From: Takakia lepidozioides
Taxonomy: Eukaryota > Plantae > Bryophyta
Direction: 5' to 3'
NCBI GenBank assembly: GCA_030704615.1
Contig: CM060731.1
Location: 7,316,001 to 7,380,000, forward strand
Length of the DNA: 64,000 nt
Notes under the pieces: generated by a model
Databases searched by the model: none
Seen by the model: the letters and a program-made list of their open reading frames with translations, nothing else
Told to the model about the DNA's origin: nothing
Translations under genes and position numbers: made by a program
Part shown: piece by piece, positions 51,139 to 64,000 of the stretch
Layout of the letters: each line of letters starts with the position of its first letter
How positions within the stretch are numbered: position 1 is the first letter of the stretch

Positions 51139-54100
51139 TCACTTCTTTGCCTCTTGCACATCCTCGTACTCGGCCTCTGTTGCTTGGCCAGCTCCACCAG
51201 ACCCAGCCCCAGGTGTCCCACTTGACCCTGACTGCTTCGACAAACTCTCTCCAATTTTCAAAGATGCTGTCTGCGCAGCAGAAACCTTTTGATGAATATC
51301 ATCCAAATTCTCAGCCTCAACTGCCTTTTTCAGGTCTGCAAGGGCTGAGTTAACACTGTCAACAACATCCTGTGGTAATTTCTCCTTGTGCTCGTTCAAA
51401 CTCTTCTCAACTGAATAGAGTGTAGTGTCTGCATCATTTTTCGCATCAATCAGCTTCTTCCTTTCTTGATCCTTCTGGGCGTAGAGTTCAGCATCCTTCA
51501 CCATCTTCTCAATATCACCCTCTGATAGCCCACCAGATGACTGGATGGTGATTGCTTGTTGCTTCCCTGTGGTTTTGTCTCGGGCAGAAACGTTAACAAT
51601 CCCATTTGCGTCAATGTCAAATGTCACCTCAATCTGGGGGGTTCCACGTGCCGCAGGAGGGATACCCACCAAATCAAACTGTCCAAGTGTCTTGTTGTCA
51701 GCTGCCATCTCCCGCTCCCCTTGCAACACCTTCACACCGACCTGCAGAATCTCACAAAGACTAGCACAAAATGAGAATCGTGATGCCATAGGAAAAAATC
51801 TGCAGTACTACTGTTGGATTAGTGGGTGTGAGCATTAGAATCCTCCAGGTGCACATACGACATCTACAACAAAGTGGACATTCCAAAGCTTCATTGTGAG
51901 TTGTGCATAGTCTTCACAACTGGACTTCGCAACTATTCCACATCAATCTGACACACCTCCCCTCTGCTAATTTCTATGGCAAAGTCACTCCAAATAAGAT
52001 TTAGAGTTTGATATTTCCACTCCACAATATCAGAAGATGCACATATGGTTTCTTCCCAGAGAAATGGCACCCAGTAGAATATTTGCGAGCTCCTACTCAC
52101 CTGGGTTTGGCCATCTGCTGCTGTTGAAAACACCTGGCTTTTCTTCGTGGGAATTGTGGTGTTGCGTGTAATCAGTCGTGTAAACACTCCCCCTAGTGTC
52201 TCTATGCCCAGAGACAACGGAGTCACATCCAGTAAAAGAATATCTTTGACATCCCCACGCAAAACTCCACCCTGAATTGCTGCCCCCATTGCAACACACT
52301 CGTCTGGGTTCACTCCCTTGCACGGCTCCTTGCTGAAGATGCTGTTCACAATCTCTTGTACCTTGGGCATGCGAGTCATACCACCCACCAGAAGCACTTC
52401 ATCGATCTCCTTGGCTGTGACACCTGCATCCTTGAGGCAGTCCTTGCATGGCTGCTTAGTGCGTTCAACCAGGTGATTTACCAGCTGCTCATATCTGTTC
52501 AGATTCAACCTCCGACGTTAATTGCTTAGTGACCTTTTGCAAATGTTAGGAGCTACAATATACAGAGTTGCAATTGTCCTATATAGTTTCCAGAGGTATG
52601 AATCAGAAACTTTGAGCTGCCTTCATTCTGCTGACTAGTAGCCTTCAACAATTGAAAGCTCCTGGTAAAATAACCAAACCAATAGGGGGAAAAACCCCAA
52701 TAAGCAGACAACTACAGAAAACCAAATAATAACAACTTCTAGGACCATGACCTGGAGCGTGTGAGTGTCACATTCAGATGCTTGGCACCCGAAGCATCAG
52801 CAGTGATGAAGGGCAGGTTGATGTCAGTCTGCGGAGTCGAAGACAGCTCCACCTTCGCCTTCTCTGCTGCCTCTCGCAGGCGCTGTAGTGCGAGGCGGTC
52901 TGATGAGAGGTCAATGCTTTGATCTTTCTTAAATTCATCAACTAGGTGTTGCAGCAGTGCATTGTCGAAGTCCTCCCCACCCAGAAATGTATCTCCATTG
53001 GTTGCCTTCACCTGCAAAACAATGCAATTGCCAAATCAGCAGAGACGGCAATCAGAGAACAAGAGAAAGATGTGTGCCAAGGCTTATTCAAGCGAAAAAT
53101 AGAAAACTCCTCCTATGGCAAAGCTGCAACTCAGAAGTATAAAGTACAATCTGGCAAGCCAAGTGCAAAGTCAGGTCTCTGTTGGTTTGGCTGAGGCCCT
53201 TGGTGGACTACTCGATGCGTGATTGAACACAGCATTGGGGCATTTGCTCCATCAAACACCTCAAAAGTCCCGTGCTGCCTGGTGTTTTGCACACAATATT
53301 GTAGCTTGCTAAGCTTGTGGTCAGATTCTGGTTTATGCATTTCAGATGTTTGACCCTTTCCTCCCACAAGTTTTTCCTTAGTAAGAAGGGATGTGTCTGG
53401 CACTTCTGTCAAAACCAAAGTTGAGCTGTAACTGTAATGATACAGGTACAGCAAATCCTTCTACAACATGCAAACCCTACCTCACATCTCCTCCAGTCAC
53501 TGCATGAGCACACACAACTCACAAGCCTTACAGCTACAACGCGCTGAAGTAATTTAGCATGCACACAGTAACGCAGTCATACCAATGCTTGTCAAAAGGT
53601 GATAACCCGAAGCATACCTCAAAAACACCACCAGAAATCTCAAGTATTGAGATGTCAAAAGTTCCACCTCCCAAGTCAAAAACAGCCACCAGACCCTCCT
53701 TGCGGTCCATGCCATATGAAAGTGAAGCAGCAGTGGGCTCATTAATGATTCTCAGTACATCTAGACCTGCAATTCGGCCAGCATCCTTCGTTGCTTGGCG
53801 TTGAGCATCATTGAAATACGCAGGCACCGTGATCACTGCCTTGGAGACAGACCGCCCCAAGTATGACTCAGCTGTCTCCTTCATTTTACCCAAAACAAAA
53901 GCACCTACCTGGCTAGGCGAATACTTCTGACCAATAGCCTCAACCCAGGCATCTCCATTGGGTGCTCTAACAATTTTATAGGGCACCATTTTCGCCTCCT
54001 TCTGGGTCTGTGGGTCGTCAAATGGGCGGCCAATCAACCGCTTTGTGCCAAAGAGAGTATTGGTTGGGTTGGTCACAGCTTGGCGCTTTGCAGGTGTGCC

Positions 54101-55431
54101 AACAAGGCGCTCGCCCTTCGGTGTGAAGGCCACTACAGAGGGCGTAGTTCGAGCACCTTCTGAATTCTCAATTACTCGGGCCATCTGAACACAACAATTG
54201 CAATGAGCACAAATCAACAAATTTTGGTAAGATCCATTGTAACTAAGGTTGAGAGGGAAGACCACCCTGCACATCATATCATGCAGAGCAGATTTCAATT
54301 ACACTGAGTCCAACACAATAGTCAAAAAAGTTGACAGCACAAAACAGTGTCAGCATCAAGGGGCCCTTGACTTATGAAGATGGTTTCAATCAACTTGCGA
54401 GCATGTACATGTGTGAATAGCTACTTTCTTAACCTAGTTATTTCCATCTGTATGAATGGGTAATGAAATACACAACCTAGATATACTGAATTGCTGACAC
54501 AGATGATCATCAATCTTATAATGAGACAGACAAATGGCATTAGAAGCAGGCAAGGGAGTTACAGCTGCTAGAGGTCAATATTCTCCCCAATCTCAGGCAA
54601 CTTGATTTCAAGTCCCTCACCTTCCTGAAAAGTAAACACACAAGCATGTCTGTGGGATAAAGTCTGCCCTCACCTTGCCCTCCATAACAGAGACACAAGA
54701 GTTCGTAGTACCCAAATCGATCCCGATGACATCGCCCCCGCCAGCTTTTGCACTGCAATCACGAATACACAAATTTTTGAGGCATCCAGCTGTCCTACCA
54801 GAGGACCGAGTCTGCTCCATAATCTCCAAGGTATCTCCGGCAGTAAAATCACAACCACCAATACTACATCTGCGTGAAGCAGAGGGGCTGCTATAAAAAG
54901 GTAAATACTATTACAGCCTAGGAGACTAAGTCTCGTATCATCATGGTTGAAACCGTGGCAATTGTATCTGGAGTGTAATTACATCCATATTGTTTGTTGC
55001 ACTCTCTTGGATCAATCGTAGTTCGACTCATTTATGACTTTCGACTGGAAGCATCTGCAAGCTGTCAGAATGAATCCTTTCATATCACTCCCACTGAACA
55101 TTTCGCAGCTGGAAACCGTTGTTGGTGATGAAGCGAATGCGAAAAGTCACATGACTAAACTAAACACCTGGAAAATGCGATAACATATGAAAAGGTCTAC
55201 CAGATTTCCTTCCGGAAGAGCAAGAACACAGAAAGGAGGATTAATTCCAACTCCCAACAGAAGCCAGCTCGGCCAGCTCAGCCATTCGGATCCGGTATAA
55301 TTTCATCCCTTCAAGAGACACAGAGAAGAGAATAGCAGATCAAACCTGTAAGCTCTCGAGACACTGGTCCATCGGCGAAGTAACGATGATGCCAGAGCCG
55401 ATGCTGGCGACCGACACAGCCTGGAAGCCAT
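51139..55431 (-). CDS. mtHsp70: Mitochondrial HSP70 (DnaK-type), multi-exon
   Basis: Arg/Ser-rich presequence [21 protein letters not shown] (55346-55431). Conserved motifs [89 protein letters not shown] and [13 protein letters not shown]. Confidence 0.97.
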
Positions 55432-55556
55432 CGTCTGTCTCCACCCTCTCGCTCCGCCTCAAGCAACCACCGCTGCAGGGTTTTAGGGGTTTAGGGCATT
55501 GGACATTCAACCGCCGACTCTGTCGGGCTTTATGTTCATCCATCCACCGCCTACAT

Positions 55557-55571
55557 GTTCTAGACCTTTCT
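55557..55571. promoter_or_regulatory. Imperfect heat-shock element upstream of mtHSP70
   Basis: gTTCt-aGACc-tTTCt lies about 130 bp upstream of the ATG. Telo-box-like AAACCCT runs lie at 55478-55498. Confidence 0.4.
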
Positions 55572-57110
55572 ACTGCCATAATTACTTAAAATACAATTTA
55601 AGAATAATAAACAATGGCTATTTACGATGCCTCATTAATAACGCCTAAAACGGAAGTGTCCGACGTCCCTGTGTAGGCGTCAAATGACATATTGCCACGT
55701 CATCCACCCAGTGGTGCCTGATCACCGTCTGTGAAGTGTCGGAGATGTTTTGAAGGCGTGAATGCTACTCCTTGTGTGCGGGTGATATCAACTACGTGGC
55801 CTTTGTAGCATCGCACGATAGAGGAGAATCGATTCCTGTCATTGGGACTAGCATGAGTCGTCAGATGAGAAGGGATGTAGGGTCAGGGCCTGCGCTGCAC
55901 CGGAGCAGAATATGGCCAAGTTCCTCTCCAGTCCACGCTCATACACCAGGGGAGGTAGGCACAAGCATACACACAGATTCTCACAGAGGTGTCACTCTGT
56001 TGATCAGTAGAATTCCATCCGTCGAGAGCTCGCTCTGCTCTTTACTTATACTTCCCAGCTAATTTTTGAAGCTGGTCTGTAGTTCTCTCAGTTTAGATGG
56101 CTGATTCTAGTTGTCTTGGCTTTGCCCTCGGTTGATCTGCTCCCTTTAGTTCGCTTTTCGTGTTTTGCTGTTGGGTATCCTCAATGGGCTCTCCTTGGTT
56201 GCCCCTTATTACGATTCTTCGTTGGCTCCTATCGGCTCTCGGCAGTATCCCTTGTGTTTTCGCCTTCACGTGGTTATTTTTTCCACGTGTACTCTTCCAA
56301 TTTTTTAATTTGTTCAAATGAACTGATCGTCCCCTTCTTTAGTAGGAAATAAAATCCAGAATGATGTGATGCCATATCCCTGTCTTAGAGATGATTCCTC
56401 TTTCCTCACCCGTGAACAGAGTTGCCAGGGGGAAATGCAACTGATAGACTTGTCTGCAGGTAAGAGAGAATCAACTGTAGAGGAAAGGATTGTAACAACT
56501 CTCACTACATAAACACCAACCATTCATCCACTGTACGAACACCTCAAACACCTGAATCAGTGTTTTTTAATCTGGCGAAAAATCGCCAGATTTCGACCTG
56601 GAAAAACGAAGGGTCAGCTACTTTTACTAAGGAATTATGGGAATAAAAATCAAGAAAATAGCCAGAAAGCGCCAAAGGTTGAATACCAGGAGCCAGATTT
56701 GTCCTACGTGGACCTGTTAAAATATGACACCTGTAATATAGCCTTTTTTTCTAGCTCTGTCACCTCGTTATTCTCGCCACATGGGCGTTGGGTAGAATCT
56801 ACATGTCGCCCTGCCTGTGATTTTGGAAAAGTAAAAAGAAAAACACTGCACCTGATGTACATTGTTGAAATGTACGTCATGAGGGTGAAACAAAGCCTAA
56901 GCATCAATTACTTCAGGAGAAGCAATGGTTGGATTACGAGGGACAGAGTCAAGCATAATATCATCCAGTGAAGTGTACAGATCGGTAGTCTTGCTATGTT
57001 GCTCGCCTCTCGAAGAAGAATGCCTTGGTAGTGCCCATCAATATATGAAGTGAGACGTTTGTTTTGTTTTGTAGCGTCGTTGAGATCTCCCAAACCGCGG
57101 GCCCCAGCCA

Positions 57111-57467
57111 TGTTGGAAAGCCCTCAACGAGGATATTTGAGCAAAGCAATTACGTACACAAGATGTTGACTCACAGGACTGATAAAAGGGAATGTATTAG
57201 TTGTAGATCTCAGATTGCACTACACAGCAAAAACCTCCGTGATTGTCTCACACACTGACTTACTACAACTCCAGCATATGTACGCACTCTGCCACTGGAC
57301 TATATAGGTAGTCACACCATTGCCAAGCTTTCATGCACCCTGGCTGCAGGGATGCTTGCATGTAACAACTAATCGTTCCGTAACGTATCAAGAACTGTAT
57401 ATATCAAGAACCTGTATAGAGCAACTAACCTCATACCGTATAAGAACCTAGATATATTACTACTACA
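57111..57467 (-). repeat. 3' LTR of a Copia-type element
   Basis: On minus, PPT GAGTGGGAG (57468-57476) is followed by TGTAGTAG...TTCCAACA. The outer boundary could instead be 57070 (CTACA). Confidence 0.7.
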
Positions 57468-60400
57468 CTCCCACTCGGGATGAGGTTGATGGACCGATGA
57501 CGACGTCAGTAAGGCCAAGCAGAGTCTTCATTCGGCAAAATTTGTCACGAGGGAGAGCCTTGGTCAGGACATCAGCCACGTTGTCTGTGGTGTTGATGTA
57601 TGTGATGTGAATCTCCCCAGTGGCCTCGGCTTGAATCTTGTGGAATTTGACATCAATATGCTTGGTCCGTTTATGGAACTCAGGATTCCGGACAAGCCGA
57701 ATGGCAGCGTGATTATTGCTGTATAGGAAAGTAGGACCGGTTTGAACATAACGCAGGTCATACAAGAGACAGCGGAGCCAGATGATCTTTTGGCAGGCAA
57801 GGTGAGCGGCAATATATTCAGCTTCCGTTGTACTGGTAGCAGTACAAGTTTGCTTGAGACTTCCCCATGAAACAGACCCTCCATTGAGCATTAACACATA
57901 TCCAGATCTACTCTTCTGGTCTTGAATGTCAGCTGCGTAGTCAGCGTCACAGTAACCAACAAGCTCATTGGCCAAACTAGATTGAGCACTGTAGGTGATG
58001 CGCACATCTGGAGAGCCGTGGAAATACTTGAGGATGCGGCGCATAGCTCCAACATGGGGTGCTTTGGGTGTCTCACAGAATTGGACTGCATAGCTAACAT
58101 AATAACTCACGTCAATCCTGGTGCCGGTGCTAGCAAACTGCAAACTGCCAATGCAGTTGCGATAAGGAAAACTGGTCTCGCAGGGCTCATTCTGAGCAGA
58201 GAGAAATTCGACCGAGTAGTGGGGATCAGCTGGGATGGAGAGTGGGGAAGCATGCTCAAGCCCAAACTTCTTCACAACACATTCAATGTACCGGTGTTGG
58301 TCAAGCTGGATGGAGCGAAAGACACGATCACGTGTGATGTGCAACCCCACATACATTTCGGGATGAGCCTCAGTGATGCTAAAAGCACCTTTCATCTCGC
58401 TAAGGACTTGCGTGATCATGTGGGTTTGAACGTTGCATGCAAGGCCATCATCCACCGAAATGCACAAGATTAAACGGGGATCGGTGTTGCTCACGTACAC
58501 ACAAGGGTCGGCGGTGGATGGAATCAGGCTGTGCGTAGTAAGAAAATGGTTGAACTTGCGATTCTACACTCTTGAAGATTGCTTGAGGCCGTAAATGGCC
58601 TTCACCAGCCTGCAAACTTTATGCGGATGCTCCTCATCGATGAAGCCAGCAGGTTGCTCCAAATAAATTTCTTCATCAATTTCTCCATACTGGAAAGTTG
58701 TACGTACATCAAATTGAGTAATATCCATGTCTTCTGCTGCTGCGAGAGAAAGGATGGTGCGGATAGAATCAAACTTGACAACTGGACTAAAAGTCTCAGT
58801 ATAGTCCAAACCTTCCTTTTGAGTGAAGCCTTTGGCCACCAGCCTGGCCTTGAATCGAGCAACACTACCATCAGCGCTAAGCTTCACTTTGAAAACCCAC
58901 TTAGAGCGAACAACCTTACGGCCTTTGGGTAAATCTTGTAAGATCCAAGTCTCATTCTCAAGCAGGGAATTATATTCATCTTGCATTGCACAAATCCACT
59001 CATTGCGTTTTGGGGATGTGAGGGCCTCGTCAACGGTCAGGGGTTCATCAGGGACGTTACTAGAAAAAGTGGCAACATTACATGTGTAGCTCCCTTTTCC
59101 AACAGGGACCACCCAATCGCCAAAACGGGAGGGGGGGTGGCGAGAACGAGCATCACGCTCGAGAGTGATGCTGGGTTCACCGGTGATGGCAGCCTCGGGT
59201 GCATCAATGCTCAATGGTGCCTCGTGGCAAAGCTCATCATCGCCAGAGGTGGTGACATCGGGTGGTGTAAGCCGCTCCGGGCTCTCGGGGATGTTGAGCT
59301 CGACAACAAGAGGCAAGTCTTCCATAGGTACCACCTCAGCAGCAACATGGAGCAAGGCTCCAGCACGCACTCCCACTGCTTGAGCTGGCAGATCAAAAAC
59401 GCGGTCACTCAAGTGAACAATGGAGCTGTCAATTGGTGGGTCAAATCGGTCGCCTCCATTCAAATTTAGCTCGTCAAAAAGCACATCCCGGCTTTCAATG
59501 ATGCGACAAGAAACATTGTCCCATAGCCTGTAGGCTTTACTTGTCTCACTGTAGCCCATGAGTATGCAGTGCTTACTTTTCCGATCCATTTTCTTACGTA
59601 ACTCAGGAGGAATATAGACATATGCACTGGAACCAAATACACACACATGGGCTACTGAAGGTTTGACCCGGTACCACATCTGATAAGGGGTCGTGGAGTT
59701 GGGAAGCTAACGTGAACCAGTGCGATTAAGCAAGTAGACAGCCGTGTGAGCAGCTTCACCCCAGAAGCGTGGATGAACATCGCTTGCATAGATCATGCTG
59801 CGTGCTGACTCAATGATGGTGCAGTTGTCTTTTTCAGCCACCCCATTTTGTTCCGGGGTGTAAGCACATGTCACCTCGTGCTTGACATTCTTTGCAGCCA
59901 CGAACTCTTCAAACTGAGCGTTGCAAAACTCCATACCACGATCAGACCTGAGGATCTTTATGGTATGCCCAGTTTCTCGTATCATCTATCCTAGGAACCG
60001 ACGCAGGCACTCGAGAGTTGTTATCGCTGTTTTTTCCTTAATACAATAGATGACCCGAAAGCCAGAGTGGTCGTCCTTAAATAGGGCAAAATACTTAGCC
60101 CCACTTACTGTAGGAACGTTGATGGGTCCACACAAGTCACAGTGGACCAAATCACCAATCATCTCAGCTTTCTCACGATGATCTTTCCAGGGAAAAGGTG
60201 CCCTATGACTCTTTCCATATGCACAACCAATGCAAAAGGATGGATTTTGGCTTCCACCACTGATAATCAGCCCATCAACCATGTCCTTAGCCTCCATATC
60301 TCTGATCATCTGATGATGAACGTGACCAAGTCGCAGATGCCAGATATCAATATTCTGGGTGCTATCATTTTTTGTCTGCACTCCAATCACCTTGGCCGAA

Positions 60401-60826
60401 AAAGCACTATGGTTGTTGGATTCTGATGGCAAGACGACAGAGATAAGGAGCCTGTAAATACCGCACTCCTCAATGCCACGCATTACAACCTCCCCTCCAG
60501 CCATCAAGTGGCAACCACCTTGGGTGTGAAGTATATCAATCCCGCGTTGAACCCCTCGAGAGGTTGAGAACAAGTTTCGACCCAATTTTGGAACGTGAAC
60601 AACGTCCTTCAAGACACCATGATGCTCCTGCCCGTCGACCCAGGTTGTGAATGCTATGTCACCAACTCCTTGGGCATAAAGTACCACTCCTCCAATTCCT
60701 TCTACCGGCTGCTTCTCGCTTGAGATGTCACGATAGGTAGAAAACCACTCTCTGGTTTGAGTCATGTATTGCGAGCAGCAACTGTCAACATACCAATTTT
60801 CAGAGCAGGGCGCCGAAGCAGAGGCC
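57463..60826 (-). mobile_element. Ty1/Copia pol (PR, INT, RT, RNase H) with in-frame stops
   Basis: WYVDSCCSQYMT, WHLRLGH...CIGC, LVHCDLCGP, LRSDRGMEF, TPEQNGVAE, FKARLVAKGFTQKEGLDY, ISVDDGL, GYCDADYA and RTKHIDV. The INT-RT-RH order is Copia. Confidence 0.95.
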
Positions 60827-63744
60827 ATGGTGTCCAATGGAGACAACTGAGGTGGTCTTGGTGCAATCCCCGCACTCTCCTCCTCTCCTGATGGTACAAA
60901 AGCCTCCACCCGGGCTTGTTGCACCCGTCGATCAGCAACCCGCTGCAAATCCTTGCTCGTGCCCCACAATGGAGTCTGAGCAACCATGGCAGGCAACTCC
61001 GCCATACCATATATGTCATCATACTCTAGAGATCCCGGAGGTGATACATCCTCTGAATGAGCGTTGCCCTCTAGCAACTCTGCAGGCCAAGTCACTGCAG
61101 CTGTGAATGCTGCTAGTGTCGGCATCTTGTTCCGCTGGGCAACTGCAACTCCTCCTATGAATGTCACAGGGAGCTGCACACGCCGGCCCTCCCCTGACTG
61201 CCATCCAGGCCTATAGGAAGCTGACTCCTCCCAAAAATCCAGGGTGAAGCCCATAGGGTACAACACTGCCCCACCAACTAGAACATCGTACGAGACCGCG
61301 TCTGTCACAATGGCCTTGGCTTGCATCACTGAGCCATCTATAGGGTGATCCGGCCGTAGTTTGATAGCCAACTCACGCCGTGTCATGCCCCGAGCCTGCT
61401 CCGATCCTCCCAGAGACGTCTGTATCTGGAAAGGACGAGGCTCCGTATCCGCCTCCGTGAGGCCCAAGCCTGCAATAGCAGCTCTGCCCAACATCAATGG
61501 CTGAGCTCCCGAGTCCAACAAGACCCGCAGTGGCCGGTACCTCTTACATGCCGGTCCACTCAAACAGAAAATGCCATCCTGGTTGTCTAACATGACAACT
61601 CCAGGTGTCACCATGGTGCGCTCAATGGCTGGCCTAGCTGGCAGCTCCATCAACCTGGCAGCTGAAGCTTGCCATGGCGCCGCCGTGGCAGTCTTGACCC
61701 TCAAATCCAAGGATCCCTCCGGCACTACACCTCCCACTATCTCCGCAGAAGATGAAGTAACCTCCCCACTCTCACAGAGTGTAGCTGCCAGCCTGAACAC
61801 CTCAGCTGGTCTTACCCCCGACGTTGCAATCATGGTAGCCAAGAACAATGGAGCCTTGACACAGATGTGGCCGCTCCTAGCAGCACACTAACTGCCGTAG
61901 CCTTGGCAACACTAGGTAGTGGTGCTACCCGTGTAGCTCTCCCCAATGGCATAGTAACCTCCGCCTCGGTAACAGCCGGGCGAGAACTAGGTGCCATGGA
62001 TGGCGTCGACACTGTCTCCGCCAATGTGAATGACTGAGGAAGCCTAGCCCGACGGCTTGCCTCCCCACGCTGTGGATCCAACTCCACCTCTGCACCTCGT
62101 GGCTCAGGAACTCGTGCTGCTCCTCGAGTCATGGCTGCAGCAGACTCTACCTGCACTAGTGGTAGTGTTGCTCCACACATGAATCCCATGCCTACCATAT
62201 CTCCTCCCTCAGGAGCAGGAGGTGGACCATCCGGCCTTGGAGCCGGTACCACCTGAGCTGTAGCCATGGCAGCAAGCCTCTGCTCTAGCTATTAAAGCCG
62301 GTTGGCCATGCCTTGGTCAACACCCTGACCTCCGTGTCCTTGGCCATGTTGAGCTTGCCCTTGGCCTACACCCCGTGCCTGGCCACCTCGTCCTCTTTGG
62401 GCTGCTCCCCATCGCCCCCGGCCACCATTGTTCCCTTGAAACTGGCCTGGGCGCAACTCAGGATGCAAACCATAACACTGGGCCTCTCCATGCCCGTGCT
62501 TGCCACAATGCCCACACTGCAACTGTGCAGGCTGTGCATGTGCCGGCCCTTTGCCTCCCTCTGGGCAATCCTTCTTGACATGGGGTCCTCCACATGTCCA
62601 GCACACCACATCCGCCCGTTGTTGGCCAGCAAATGAAGGGAGAGACCCCTGCATCTGAGGTCCTCTCTGCCCTTCCCTGAGCTTCACCTGAGCCCCCTTG
62701 TTGCCTTGAGCATGTTGAGGTAGTGGTTGGCTAGAAGCACCACTATCCCGTGGTGTCTCCTTAACAAATCCCACCATGACCACTCGTTCCTCCACCATGT
62801 TGAGCTCTATCTGCTCTGCCAGCAAAAACACATTTGTTAAGGTGGGTTGGGCCGCTTGTAGGAGAGTTGCATCCCGCACCCTTCTCCTCAGCTCCTTGTC
62901 CAATATCCCATACTAGAATTGGACTGCCTGAGCTTCCGTAACCCCTTGGGTTACATTTATCAAGCGCCTCATGCGAGTGAAAGCCTCCCTCAAGCTCTCA
63001 GTAGGCTTCCGTTGGAACTCTTGCAAGCTCCGCAACTTCTCTGTCCTCACCCCTTGGTAGTTCCCTCTCAACTCTTTGAAAAACTCCACAACAGGGTTGA
63101 AGGCAGGCACGGGTACTGGTGCTGGTGCGGTAGTGGCTTGGGTGGACGTCGTAGCTACGGTACCACCAGTCCTACTAGTCCCACTGCTGCTTGCTGAAGC
63201 TGCCGGTGCAGCAGCAGGTGCAGCCACTGCCCTCGTGACTCTAGTGCCTCTAGTGATGGAGACATAGTCGGGTGACCAGTACATCCTCCACTCCTCGATC
63301 TCAACCTCATGCCCCCGCTTGAACTCATGGTAATCATCCATAGGCGGCCCCTCAAGGTGCTGAAACAGCCCCTTCCATGCCATGAAAGGCGTAAATAGTT
63401 GTGGATTGCGCATTTGTTGTAAATCACACCAACTATCAAATTCTTGGATAAAATCATCTAACTCGATGGTGCCCACCGCCCCAGAGTACCTTTGTGGCCC
63501 CTTGGTAGCTCCATACATCTCCTCCATTGTGTCCCACAACAATGGCAAAGAAACAACTTGCACCGCCGGTATGAGTCATCCTGATTCACAATCCGAATCA
63601 GAACCTTCCGTAGAAGACACAGGAGGTGAAGGTGGCCTAAACCGCATACCTCGTCTTGTGTACCCACTAGTATCGCTAGTGCTCGAACCGGCACTATCCC
63701 CAGCAACTAGTGGCACCTCCGTATTGACACTCAATCGGTCATGA
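60827..63744 (-). mobile_element. Gypsy-type gag (two CCHC knuckles) and aspartic protease, joined to the Copia pol
   Basis: YSGAVGTIELDDFIQEFDSW, FQRKPTESLREAFTRM, CWTCGGPHVKKDC, CGHCGKHGHGEAQC, VLLDSGAQPLML and YDVLVG. The linker resembles the PR-RT linker at the window start. Confidence 0.75.
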
Positions 63745-64000
63745 ACATATCCCTAACCCCCTCTCCACAAGGTAACCGGGAACCTGTTGCGGCTTATGGT
63801 TTGGAATACTAAGTTCCTAACATAGCCTACACCTGTACCTGCATCCACCGCAAGCACTCCTATGGTTGGCTGGTCATCACCTCCAACCTCACCACAGGAG
63901 AAACAATGATGGTCTAGCTGGTCATCACCCCAGCTTCACCATCGACAGCATGCTCTAGGTCTGGCCGGTGATCAAATCCGGACCAATCACCTATAAAAAC

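Noticed and set aside
54300-55340. Intronic snoRNAs in HSP70
   Set aside because: Only scattered TGATGA/CTGA words, with no convincing C/D pair, terminal stem or rRNA guide.
56340-56466. First coding exon of a gene divergent from HSP70
   Set aside because: It has a good CAG|GTAAG donor, but the peptide is short and unrecognisable and no downstream exon lies in the window.

Overview
This is eukaryotic nuclear DNA from a TE-rich plant genome, most likely a non-seed land plant with flagellated sperm, since it carries a CEP78-like centriole gene. Host genes are a TMEM131-like gene (25.8-30.8 kb), LSM14/DCP5 N-terminal exons running into CEP78-like LRR exons (31.6-40.2 kb), and mitochondrial HSP70 (minus strand, 51.1-55.4 kb). 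Mobile DNA includes a Ty3/Gypsy pol whose integrase ends in a PHD finger, with its 3' LTR; an L1 LINE with an internal inversion and a CACTA-type insertion; an RTE-group LINE with a twin-priming 5' inversion and 17-bp TSD; a Gypsy gag/PR joined in frame to a Copia pol; and a family of short structured repeats with covarying stems. The most striking item is at 5.2-11.2 kb: a spliced, now degenerate gene that fuses a ParB/Srx-type domain (DGNHRLLA, i.e. GxxRxxA) to a beta-class N4C/N6A DNA methyltransferase-like domain. Its two large introns hold about 15 copies of a 24-bp palindrome (GTGAATGKCGK-TR-MCGMCATTCAC) with compensatory changes. I infer a possible parS-like ParB-MTase cassette in a plant genome. 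All calls come from manual motif reading; no database searches were run.
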